Part shown: positions 18,729 through 29,046 of the stretch, in pieces
How the letters are laid out: each line of letters begins with the position of its first letter
How positions within the stretch are numbered: position 1 is the first letter of the stretch
From: Candidatus Limnocylindria bacterium
GTDB taxonomy: Bacteria > Chloroflexota > Limnocylindria > P2-11E
Length of the DNA: 64,000 bases
Direction: 5' to 3'
NCBI GenBank assembly: GCA_036003765.1
Contig: DASYSC010000086.1
Span: 1,158 to 65,157 of the forward strand
Translations under genes and position numbers: made by a program
Notes under the pieces: generated by a model
The model's input: the letters and a program-made list of their open reading frames with translations, nothing else
Database searches by the model: none
Told to the model about the DNA's origin: nothing

Positions 18729-19625
18729 GTGAACGCCTATCTCATCGAAGGCTCGTCGGGATATGCGCTCGTCGACGCGGGCCTGCACACCGCCGATGCG
18801 GAGTCCGTTCTTCGTGCGGCGCTCGCCGAAGCCGGTATCGCCATGGAGGACGTGCACCGGGTCTTCGTCACGCATCTGCACCCCGATCACATCGGCATGG
18901 CGGGAACATTGGAGCGCACTGGCGCCGAGGTCGTGATGCACGCGCCCGAGATCGCGAACGCTCGGCGCATGTGGTCGCGCGACCAATCGATGGTCGACGA
19001 GACTTACACGTGGTTCGAGCGTCACGGCATGCCGGAGGACGTCGACCAAGGGATGCGCGAGGCGTGGCTCGCGATGGGTCAGCGCGTCGACGAGATCAGC
19101 AAGATCGCGGAGGCCAGGGACCGAGAGACTCTGGACCTGGGCGGGAGGCGCGAGCGCGTCGCGTGGACACCCGGACACACCGACTACCACGCCGTGCTGG
19201 TAGACGAAGCCGAGCGCATCCTCTTCTCGGGCGATCACGTGCTGCCGCGTATCACTTCGAATGTCGGGCTCTATCCCTACTCGCGGGACGATCCGCTCGG
19301 CGACTTTCTCGGTGCACTGCGTGGAGTACGGTCGCTTCCGGTGACGCGCGTGCTGCCGGCGCACGGCGATCCATTTGACGACCTTCCTGGCCGAGTGGAT
19401 CAGATCCTCGCTCACCACGATGACCGCCTTCGCGCGACGCTCGACGCGCTCGGGGATGTCGAGCGCGACGCGTACGCCGTGTGCCGCACGCTCTTCCCGG
19501 TGCTGCGATCAGCGCACGAGGAACGGTTCGCGCTCGCCGAGACGCTCGCGCATCTGCGGTATCTCGAGCGGCGTGGAAAGGTGCGCGAGATCGAAGGACC
19601 GCCCGCGCGATGGGCGCACGCCTAG
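18729..19625 (+). CDS. MBL-fold metallo-hydrolase
   Basis: VNAYLIEGSSGYALVDAG and THLHPDHIGMAG. Family-like sequence (PGVRRIELPLPLALRS) continues in frame upstream of the GTG with no canonical start, so the true 5' end is unclear. Confidence 0.8.
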   Translation: MNAYLIEGSSGYALVDAGLHTADAESVLRAALAEAGIAMEDVHRVFVTHLHPDHIGMAGTLERTGAEVVMHAPEIANARRMWSRDQSMVDETYTWFERHGMPEDVDQGMREAWLAMGQRVDEISKIAEARDRETLDLGGRRERVAWTPGHTDYHAVLVDEAERILFSGDHVLPRITSNVGLYPYSRDDPLGDFLGALRGVRSLPVTRVLPAHGDPFDDLPGRVDQILAHHDDRLRATLDALGDVERDAYAVCRTLFPVLRSAHEERFALAETLAHLRYLERRGKVREIEGPPARWAHA

Positions 19626-19679
19626 AAATCGAGAGGTCCCATTGACACAAGGTGAACAAGTGTTCTAACTGAGCGAGCG

Positions 19680-20231
19680 ATGCAGAAACGTGACCAGCGC
19701 CCGTACAACGTCGCCTACTGCGCGGCCCACCGCCAACAGGAGCCGAGCGCGTCCGCTCGCGCCAACGCGAAGCGGTCGAGTTCCTCCGCGGCCTGCGGTG
19801 CGCGCCATGCGCGGACTGCGGCGGCGAGTTCCCTCCGTACGTGATGGATTTCGACCACAAAGGTGATGCTCCCAAGGACTTCTGGATTCTTCAGCGTGCC
19901 GCGCGGTTTCGCGCGAACGGCTGATGAGGGAGATTGCGAAGTGCGACGTTGTTTGCACGAGGCGGACACCCGAAAACGGAAAGTCGCCTCCGCAGGGAGC
20001 AAACAGCGTTGCTACAGGAGTTGCGCGATGTCCCGTGTACCGATTGCCTGCAGCGCTTTCCCTTCTTTGCCATGGAGTTCGACCATCGCGATCCGACCGC
20101 GAAGTCATTTGAGGTGACGCGGATGCTAGGTCGTCTCACTACGGCAGAACTTCTTTTGGAGGCGGACAAGTGCGATATCGTTTGTGCTAACTGCCACCGG
20201 AAACGAACCTACGAACGCCGACTGGCAGCCC
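19680..20231 (+). pseudogene. Two tandem HNH-endonuclease-like modules, first module disrupted by frameshifts
   Basis: Module 1 spans three frames: MQKRDQRPYNVAYCAAHRQQ / ERVRSRQREAVEFLRGLRCAPCADCGGEFPPYVMDFDHKGDAPKDF...** / LMREIAKCDVVC. Module 2 is continuous (LLQELRDVPCTDCLQRFPFFAMEFDHRDPTAKSF...EADKCDIVCANCHRKRT). Confidence 0.55.
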
Positions 20232-20302
20232 GCGGGTGTGTTGTAATGGTTGCAAAAGACCCCTCCAAGGTTTGAGTGCGGGTTCGATTCCCGCCACCCG
20301 CT
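20232..20302 (+). tRNA. tRNA-Gly (UCC)-like, with atypical C at position 33
   Basis: GCGGGTG-TG-TTGT-AATGGTT-GCAA-A-AGACC-CCTCCAA-GGTTT-GAGT-GCGGG-TTCGATT-CCCGC-CACCCGC-T. All four stems pair, but the anticodon loop reads CCUCCAA instead of CUUCCAA. Confidence 0.65.
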
Positions 20303-20310
20303 TCGAGCGC

Positions 20311-20835
20311 TTAATCCTCGGTGACGTAGCTCTCGGTCTTCTCCCACCTCAATCGTCCACCGGCGTCGACCCTCACCGTCACGAACGTCCCGCCGCCGAG
20401 CACGCGCTCGTCGAAGAGCTTCATCCGCGACGTGCGTAATCGATAGAACCGATACGCCGAGAGATCGCCCGCGTACGCCTTGAACCGTTTCGCGTAGAGC
20501 CGCTCCGCATCGCGCGCGCTTCGGCCGTGCAGCTCGCGCGCCTTGCCGAAGAGCTGGATACCGCAATCGCTCCCGCCCCAACGCTGCGTCGAGCGGAATA
20601 CAGCGACCGCGACGGACAGGTTCGCGCGGATGTTCCGCGAATGCCGCGCCTCAGGAGCGGAGAGCCACACGACCGCGAAGTCCGACGCCCACGCGAAGTA
20701 CGCGGTATTCACGTGCGCGCGGCCACCGGGCGACACGGTCGCGATCGCGCAGAGGGTCGATGCATCGAGCAAGCGGCGCGCTATCGCGGCGAGCCGGGAC
20801 GCCGGCGGATGTTTCGACGAGCGCTCGACTGGCAC
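20311..20835 (-). CDS. Pyridoxamine 5'-phosphate oxidase-like FMN-binding protein
   Basis: LCAIATVSPGGRAHVNTAYFAW...VVWLSAPEARHSRNI...AVAVF is a split-barrel pattern. GTG start at 20835; the upstream part of the listed ORF is Arg/Pro-rich artefact. Confidence 0.6.
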   Translation of the reverse strand: MPVERSSKHPPASRLAAIARRLLDASTLCAIATVSPGGRAHVNTAYFAWASDFAVVWLSAPEARHSRNIRANLSVAVAVFRSTQRWGGSDCGIQLFGKARELHGRSARDAERLYAKRFKAYAGDLSAYRFYRLRTSRMKLFDERVLGGGTFVTVRVDAGGRLRWEKTESYVTED

Positions 20836-20878
20836 CGCCAGATGATGCCGCCTCCGCGCCGCGCCTCCGCTCTGTACG

Positions 20879-22509
20879 ATGCGGCGACGTGACGAAGTAC
20901 AAGAAGGCGAACAAGTAACACGCGCTGAGACGGTGCGGTCGCTCGGCGATCGCACCGTCGACCTCCTCGTCATCGGCGGCGGGATCATCGGCGCTGGAAT
21001 CGCGCGTGACGCCGCTCTGCGGGGCATGTCGGTCGCGCTCGTCGAGCAGGACGACCTCGGTTCAGGTACGAGCTCTCGCCCCACACGGCTGATCCATGGC
21101 GGCCTGCGCTACCTCGAGCAGTTCGACTTCGGTCTGGTACGTAGCGACATGCGCGAGCGCGAGACCCTGCTTCAGATCGCACCGCACCTGGTCTTTCCCC
21201 TTCCCTTCCTCCTACCCCTCTATCGCCCGAGCTTCTTCTATCAACTCAAGCTCCGCCTCGGAATGCAGCTTTACGACGCGCTCTCGCTCGACAAGAGCCT
21301 CCCCAGGCGACAGCACCTTGACCGTGCGGCGACGCTTGCCGCCGAGCCGAGCTTGCAGCCTCACAGCCTCGCCGGTGCCTGGCGCTTCTACGACGCGCAG
21401 GTCCCGCTCGTCGAGCGTCTCGTGGTCGAGAACGTCGTCGACGCCGCGAGCAACGGAGCGCTCATTCTCAATCACGCCCGCGCGACGCAGTTCACGCGTG
21501 ATGCGGATCGCATGACCGGCGCGCGCGTCCATGACAGGATCAGCGGACGAGATCTCGAGATCCGCGCGCGCTTCACCGTGAACGCGACAGGTCCATGGCT
21601 CGACGAGACGATCGCGCCGCTCCGCCGCGTGAAGCGACCTTTGCTCCGCCTCACGAAAGGGATCCACCTGGTCACGCGGCGCGCGACGGAGCACGCCCAC
21701 GTGCTGTTCGCGCGGAGCGACGGGCGACTCTTCTTCGTGCTCCCCTGGCTTGACGCCACGATCGTCGGGACGACAGATACCGACTACGCCGGTGACCCGG
21801 CCGATGCGACGGCGACCGAAGAGGACGTTCGCTACTTGCAAGCCGAGGCGCGTCATGCCTTCCCGGCGGCACCGTTCGACGAGATCTACTTCACGTGGGC
21901 CGGCGTGCGCGCGCTCGTGCGTGAGGAAGGCGTGGCCGAGGGCGAGGTCTCACGAAAGCACGCGCTGTTCGACCACGAAAAGCGCGAGGGCATCGCGGGC
22001 GTCCTCTCCGTCGTGGGCGGCAAGATCACGGCGTATCGGGCCATCGCCGAAGAAGTGGTCGACGCGGTCGCGGGAAAGCTCGACCGGCGCGTCCGATCGC
22101 GCACGTCCGATGAACCGCTGCCCGGCGCGCGCGTCGTCGATCTGGGCGCCCGCGCACGGCAGCTCGAGCCGGCCACGCTCGCGCACCTCACGCGCGTCTA
22201 CGGCGGACGCGCGAGCGAGCTTCTGGATCTCGCCGCCGCGGACCGGGCACTCGCGAAGCCGCTCTGTCCTCACCATCACGGGATCGCCGCGGAGGTCGTT
22301 CACGCGGTGCGCGCCGAATGGGCCATGAGCCTCGGGGACGTGCTCCTTCGGCGCAACGCGCTTGGACTCTCCGCGTGCCAGGGCCTTGACTGCGTCGACC
22401 GCGTCGCCGACCAGATGGCGCCGCTGCTGGGCTGGGACGACGCGCGGCGTCGAGATGCTGTCGAGGCCTACCGTCGCGAGATCGAGCCCATGCGCCGCTT
22501 CAGCACCGA

Positions 22510-22513
<4 letters not shown>
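20879..22513 (+). CDS. glpD: FAD-dependent glycerol-3-phosphate dehydrogenase
   Basis: [22 protein letters not shown] dinucleotide fold and GGKITAYR, with a C-terminal alpha-helical domain. Coupled to glpK. Confidence 0.85.
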
Positions 22514-23999
<1,486 letters not shown>

Positions 24000-24027
<28 letters not shown>

Positions 24028-24620
24028 TCGGACATGATCCCGTCGACGCCCCACTCCCGGAACTGAGCGATCTCGCGCGGCTCGTTCACGGTCCATGCGT
24101 TCACGACAAGCCCCGCCGCGTGCGCGTCACGGACGAGCTCCGGCGTGACGTACGCGCGGTTCGGGTGCAACGCCCACAGGCCGGCGGCGCGCGCGCTTGC
24201 GAGGAGCGCGCGCCGATCGGGCGAGTCCGAGAACAGGAACGCTCGACGGACTGCCAGTCCGGCTCGTCGCGAACCTTCGAGTGCGCTCCACCAGAAGCTG
24301 GATACGAACACGTGTGGATCTCCACGGACTGCGATGATCTCGGCGGCGCGAAGGCCCGTCTCGTCCGCCCGGTGCTCGCTCGCCACGCACTTGAGCTCGA
24401 CGTTCACCTCCAGCTTTCCATGGCAGAAATCGAGGACCTCTTCGAGAGTGAGTGCCGTGTCGCGCCCTGGTGGATCGTGGGAGACGACAAGCCGGCCGGC
24501 CTCGATGAGCCACACGTCCGTCTCGATCGCATCGCAGCCGAGGTCGATCGCCTTCTGGAATGCGGCGATCGTGTTTTCCGGCGCGTGGCCCATCGCGCCG
24601 CGGTGTCCGATGCGACGCAC
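24000..24620 (-). CDS. Glycerophosphodiester phosphodiesterase (GDPD family)
   Basis: [40 protein letters not shown] 24620 preferred; the listed ORF extends to 24713. Convergent with glpK and overlaps it by 28 nt. Confidence 0.8.
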
Positions 24621-24631
24621 CCCGAAGCGAC

Positions 24632-25427
24632 CTAACGCACGCCGAATTCGGCCACGCGCGACGCCGCCGCACGGACGCGACCAGGATGCTCGATCCAGGG
24701 GAAATGTCCGCACTCCTGGATGAGATCGACCTCGGCCCGCCGCATGAGGGCTGCGGACTCGACGCTGACGTGCGCGGGGATCGGATCGTTGGCGCCGTGG
24801 ACAAAGATCGCGGGTGCGTCGACTTTCGGAAGTCCCAGCTCGAGCGTCCCCTTTGCCGCGTGCTCTCGCACCGATGCTCAGGTCTCGGCGTTGCTCTCGC
24901 GCATCGCGATCGGTGGCATCGGAGGGGCACTGGCCGACAGCGAGAAATAGAACGGCCAGATGTCGGCGAGGGGAGTGTCATCCGGAGGCGGCCGTCCGTG
25001 ACATGCGGCAAACCGCTCGTTGAGCGTTTCACGGAGCGCGGCAAGACCACCGTCGCCAAGCGCGCCGAGGGTATCGATGATCACGAGGCCGAGGACGGCA
25101 GCGGGCCGCGCCACGGCGATGTGCATCGCGAGGTAACCACCCCATGAATGCCCCACGACCCAAATATCGCGAGATTCCGAGCCCGTCGACGACGGCCAGA
25201 CCATCGGCGACATGTGCGTCCACGGTGATTGACCCTTCGATGGTCGATGGAGCGAGGCCGCGCTGCTGGTAACGGATCGTGTCGAAGATCGGAGCGAGCT
25301 CTGCAGCAAGACCTTCCGTGTAATCGCTGAGACCAGGGCCACCGTGGAGTACGAGCGCTGGTGGACCCGAGCCTTCTCGAGCGCCGACGAGCGTACCGGT
25401 CGTTGTGGCGATCCGGACCTCGCTCAT
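24632..25427 (-). pseudogene. Alpha/beta hydrolase (proline-iminopeptidase-like) with one frameshift and one in-frame TGA
   Basis: Three pieces: N-terminal LVLHGGPGLSDY...VVDGLGI, a frameshift near 25165-25180, a middle piece with nucleophile elbow VVGHSWGG, an in-frame TGA at 24878-24880, then C-terminal FVHGANDPIP...ECGHFPWIEHP. Confidence 0.7.
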
Positions 25428-25494
25428 CCCGCGTCGGTCCCCATCGCGGCCAGTCTTGCATGCCACCGTGCGGAGCCTCGACTAGGCTTCCGGC

Positions 25495-26115
25495 GTGCCC
25501 GAGAAGTTCGTGACTCGTGGATTCGTCGGACGCCGTGAGAGCGCGGGAACGCAGGCGAACCGCATCCCGCCCGGTCAGCATCTGGTGAAGGACTTCCCCG
25601 TTCTGTCGGCAGGCCCGACTCCGCGGACCGATCTCGCGAAGTGGACCTTCCGCATCGAAGGCCTCGTGAAGGAGCCCGCGCAATGGACGTGGGGCGAGTT
25701 CCAGAAGCTCCCGGCGCAGGAGTTCGTAAAGGACATCTCGTGCGTAACCAAATGGACCAAGCTCGATACGCACTGGCGCGGCGTCTCGGTGGACATCCTG
25801 CTGGAGCATGTCGAGCTCGATCGGCGGGCCGCGTTCGTAACCGCCTTCTCCGATGGCGGCTACACCACGAACGTTCCCCTGCCCGACCTGATCGACGGCC
25901 AGGCGTTCGTCGCGTACGAGTACGAGGGCAAGCCTCTCGCGCCTGAGCACGGTGGGCCCGCGCGGCTCGTGGTCCCCCACCTCTATTTCTGGAAGAGCGC
26001 GAAGTGGATCCGCGGACTTCGCGTGATGGACAAGGACGTGCCCGGCTTCTGGGAGTCGCTCGGCTACAACAACCACGGCGATCCCTGGAAGGAGGAGCGG
26101 TACACCGGCGACTGA
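25495..26115 (+). CDS. Minimal sulfite-oxidase-family molybdopterin oxidoreductase (no signal peptide), paralog A
   Basis: Candidate Mo-ligand Cys context DISCVTKW, HGGPARLVVPHLYFWKSAKW and GDPWKEERY. About 200 aa, catalytic domain only. Confidence 0.75.
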   Translation: MPEKFVTRGFVGRRESAGTQANRIPPGQHLVKDFPVLSAGPTPRTDLAKWTFRIEGLVKEPAQWTWGEFQKLPAQEFVKDISCVTKWTKLDTHWRGVSVDILLEHVELDRRAAFVTAFSDGGYTTNVPLPDLIDGQAFVAYEYEGKPLAPEHGGPARLVVPHLYFWKSAKWIRGLRVMDKDVPGFWESLGYNNHGDPWKEERYTGD

Positions 26116-26852
26116 TGAAACGCACCCTCGAATGGCAGATCGCCACGGTGACCGCGATCAAGCCGGAGACCGCGGAGGTCAAGACGCTCACGCTCCGGCT
26201 CCCGGACTGGACCGCGCACCGGCCCGGACAGCACTACGACATTCGCCTGACGGCGGAGGATGGCTACGCGGCGCAGCGGAGCTACTCGGTAGCGTCCGAG
26301 CCGGAGCGCATCGGAGAGGTCGACATCACCGTCGAGCGCATCCCCGACGGCGAGGTATCGCCATTCCTCCTCGACACGGTGGTCGTCGGCGATCGCTTCG
26401 AGGTCCGGGGGCCGATCGGCGGGTACTTCGTCTGGGATGGATCGGTCGGAGGTCCGCTGCTCCTCGTTGCGGGCGGGTCCGGCGTCGTGCCGCTCATGGC
26501 GATGCTGCGGCATCGCGCGGCCGCGCAGGTGAGCGCACCGGCTCGGCTCCTCTACAGCGCGCGGACGTACGAGCAGATCATCTACGGACCGGAGCTCGAC
26601 ATGCTCGCGGGTCTCGATGGGCTCAAGGTCTCGTACACGCTCACGAGACAGCAGCCGCCGGGATGGAAGGGCTATGGGAGGCGCATCGATGACGCGATGC
26701 TGAAAGAGGTGAGCGCGCCGCTTGGACGGGACGTCCTCGCGTACGTTTGCGGACCGACGGCGCTCGTCGAGGTCGCCGCGGACGGCCTCGAGCGTGTCGG
26801 ACTCCCGGCGGATCGGATCCGTACCGAGCGCTTCGGGCCGAGCGGAACATGA
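26115..26852 (+). CDS. FNR-like FAD/NAD(P)-binding reductase
   Basis: RSYSVAS (RxYS FAD motif) and LLLVAGGSGVVPLMAML (NAD motif). ATG shares 1 nt with the upstream stop (TGATG). Confidence 0.8.
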   Translation: MKRTLEWQIATVTAIKPETAEVKTLTLRLPDWTAHRPGQHYDIRLTAEDGYAAQRSYSVASEPERIGEVDITVERIPDGEVSPFLLDTVVVGDRFEVRGPIGGYFVWDGSVGGPLLLVAGGSGVVPLMAMLRHRAAAQVSAPARLLYSARTYEQIIYGPELDMLAGLDGLKVSYTLTRQQPPGWKGYGRRIDDAMLKEVSAPLGRDVLAYVCGPTALVEVAADGLERVGLPADRIRTERFGPSGT

Positions 26853-27130
26853 GCGAGCCGATGGACGACGAGCTCGTGCTCGACGGCAACGCGGCGGCCG
26901 GAGCACTCTCCGAGATCTACGGCGACGACATGACGACCGTCCTCGCCGAGTGCGGCAGCTGCGGGCAGGTGGACCCGATCGGAGGATTGGTCGCGTTCGT
27001 TCACGCCCCGGGCATCGTCTTGCGTTGCACCGCCTGCGCGACGGTCATCATCCGCATCGTCCATACGCCAAAGCGCACCCTCGTGGACGTGCAGGGCAAA
27101 CGCATACCGCAACCTCCAACAGGGACCTAG
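26849..27130 (+). CDS. DUF6510-like small Cys4 protein
   Basis: LDGNAAAGALSEIYG...ECGSCGQV...VLRCTACATV (CxxC...CxxC). ATGA overlap with the reductase. Confidence 0.65.
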   Translation: MSEPMDDELVLDGNAAAGALSEIYGDDMTTVLAECGSCGQVDPIGGLVAFVHAPGIVLRCTACATVIIRIVHTPKRTLVDVQGKRIPQPPTGT

Positions 27131-27189
27131 CCACAGAACCGCCGCGATAACCTGAATCCCTGATCTTCTGGGGGCGCGGACCGGGTCGC

Positions 27190-29046
27190 GTGGAAGCTCC
27201 GCCCGAGCGGCGGCAGCTCAAGCGGATCCCGCGCGTGCTCGCCTCGTCGTTCAAGCTGGTCTGGGAAGCCGCGCCCGGCCGCTTCGTGACGTCGCTCGCG
27301 CCGCAAGCGGTGAGCGCCGTGGTCACCGGCCTACAGCTCATCATCACGCGCGACCTCATCGCCGCGGTGCTGGCGACGGGCAGCGGCGGCGATCTCAGCC
27401 GGGTCGGCTATCTCCTCGGAGGGATGATCGGGCTCAGCATCATCTCGAGCGCGGCGAATCTCGTGCAGAGCCAGCAGCAGTCAATGCTCGGCGCGATCGT
27501 CGAACGGCATACGAACTCCGTGCTGTTGGACCGCATCATCGCGATCGACCTCAAGCGGTTCGAGACACCGGAGTTCCAGGATCTGCTCCGCCGCGCGATG
27601 AACGCGATGGGCCGGATGATGGGCGTCACCGGCTCAGCGATCGGGATGGCGCGCAGCCTGTTCCTCATCGCGGGCGTCGCAGCGGCCCTCTACGTCCTGC
27701 AGCCGATCCTCCTGGCGCTCGCGATCGTCGGTTTCGTGCCGATGTGGCTCGCGAGCGCGGCCACCAGCCGGCAGACCTATCAGTTCTGGAAGTCGATGAC
27801 GCCCAACGAACGGAAGCGCTCGTACATCTTCGGGCTGTTCACGAGCCGCGAATACGCGAAAGAGCTCCGCGCGTTCGCGCTTGCACCCTATATGCGCGCG
27901 CTCTACGAAAGGCTCTCGAACGAGCGGCTCAAGGAGCTCGCGGCGAATCTCCGCAAGCGGGCCCGCTACTCGATCCTCAGCACCGGCGCCTCGTCGGTCG
28001 TGACCGCGCTCACCTATGGCGCGCTCGCCTATCTCGTCATCGAGCGCCGCATCGGGGTCGCGGAGGCCGGCGCCGCGGTCGCCGCGAGCCAGCAGCTGTC
28101 AGGGCAGCTCTCGAGCCTGGTGAACAACATGGCGCAGCTGTACGAGGCGAGCCTCTTCCTCGAGGACTGGGAGGAGTTCAGCGCGCTGACGCCGACCCGG
28201 CCGCAGCCGCTCCAGGGGCCGGCCACGCCATTTGAGCGCATCGAGCTCGATCACGTCTCGTTCCGCTATCCCGCGTCCGCGTCGAGCGACGGCACGCCCC
28301 CGCAGCCATCGCGTCTCGCGCTCGACGACGTGTCGCTCGAAATCCGCGCAGGTGAGGTCATCGCCCTCGTAGGCGAGAACGGCTCGGGCAAGACGACCCT
28401 GGCAAAGGTCCTCTCCGGCCTGTACCGCCCCGACTCCGGTCGCGTGCGTTGGGACGGCGTCGACGTGTCGACGCGCGACCCGAGCTGGATCTTCGAGCGC
28501 GTCGCCGTGCTCTTTCAGGACTTCGCGCGCTTCATGCTGACGGCGCGGGAGAACATCGGGCTCGGCCGCGTCGAGCGCATCGATGACTTTCAGCAAATCG
28601 TCCGCGCGGCCGAGCGCGCCGGCGCGGACGGCTTCGTGCACGCGTGGCCGGACAGGTACGACACCGTTCTCGGCCCGTATTTCATGGGCGGGAAGGATGT
28701 GTCCATCGGCCAGTGGCAGCGGATCGCGCTCGCGCGTGCATTCTTTCGCGATGCGCCGCTCGTGATCCTCGATGAGCCGACGGCGGCGCTCGACGCGCGC
28801 GCCGAGCACGACCTCTTCACGCGGATGCGCGACCTGTTCAGCGCGCGGTCGGTGCTGCTCATCTCGCACCGCTTCTCGAGCGTCCGTTCGGCGGACCGGA
28901 TCTACGTGCTCCATGAAGGCCGGGTCGTCGAACACGGAACGCACGACGAGCTCATGCGGCTCGGTGGCCTGTACGCCGAACTGTTCACGCTGCAGGCATC
29001 CGCCTACCTCCCGCGAATCCGTGAGGAGGCTCGCGCCTCGACCTAG
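27190..29046 (+). CDS. ABC exporter, fused permease plus ATPase
   Basis: Six N-terminal TM helices. Walker A GENGSGKTT, signature SIGQWQRIALAR, Walker B LVILDEPT. Confidence 0.9.
   Translation: MEAPPERRQLKRIPRVLASSFKLVWEAAPGRFVTSLAPQAVSAVVTGLQLIITRDLIAAVLATGSGGDLSRVGYLLGGMIGLSIISSAANLVQSQQQSMLGAIVERHTNSVLLDRIIAIDLKRFETPEFQDLLRRAMNAMGRMMGVTGSAIGMARSLFLIAGVAAALYVLQPILLALAIVGFVPMWLASAATSRQTYQFWKSMTPNERKRSYIFGLFTSREYAKELRAFALAPYMRALYERLSNERLKELAANLRKRARYSILSTGASSVVTALTYGALAYLVIERRIGVAEAGAAVAASQQLSGQLSSLVNNMAQLYEASLFLEDWEEFSALTPTRPQPLQGPATPFERIELDHVSFRYPASASSDGTPPQPSRLALDDVSLEIRAGEVIALVGENGSGKTTLAKVLSGLYRPDSGRVRWDGVDVSTRDPSWIFERVAVLFQDFARFMLTARENIGLGRVERIDDFQQIVRAAERAGADGFVHAWPDRYDTVLGPYFMGGKDVSIGQWQRIALARAFFRDAPLVILDEPTAALDARAEHDLFTRMRDLFSARSVLLISHRFSSVRSADRIYVLHEGRVVEHGTHDELMRLGGLYAELFTLQASAYLPRIREEARAST

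Noticed and set aside
19934-20275. 113-aa ORF taken at face value as an intact HNH gene
   Set aside because: Its first ~20 codons are the out-of-frame tail of the upstream degraded module, and its last 44 nt are tRNA-Gly sequence. Only the central module looks genuine.
24878-24880. In-frame TGA in the alpha/beta hydrolase as selenocysteine or stop-codon recoding
   Set aside because: TGA terminates many well-supported genes in this window. The position is not a catalytic Cys site, I saw no SECIS-like hairpin, and the same gene also carries a frameshift. Pseudogene or error is more parsimonious.
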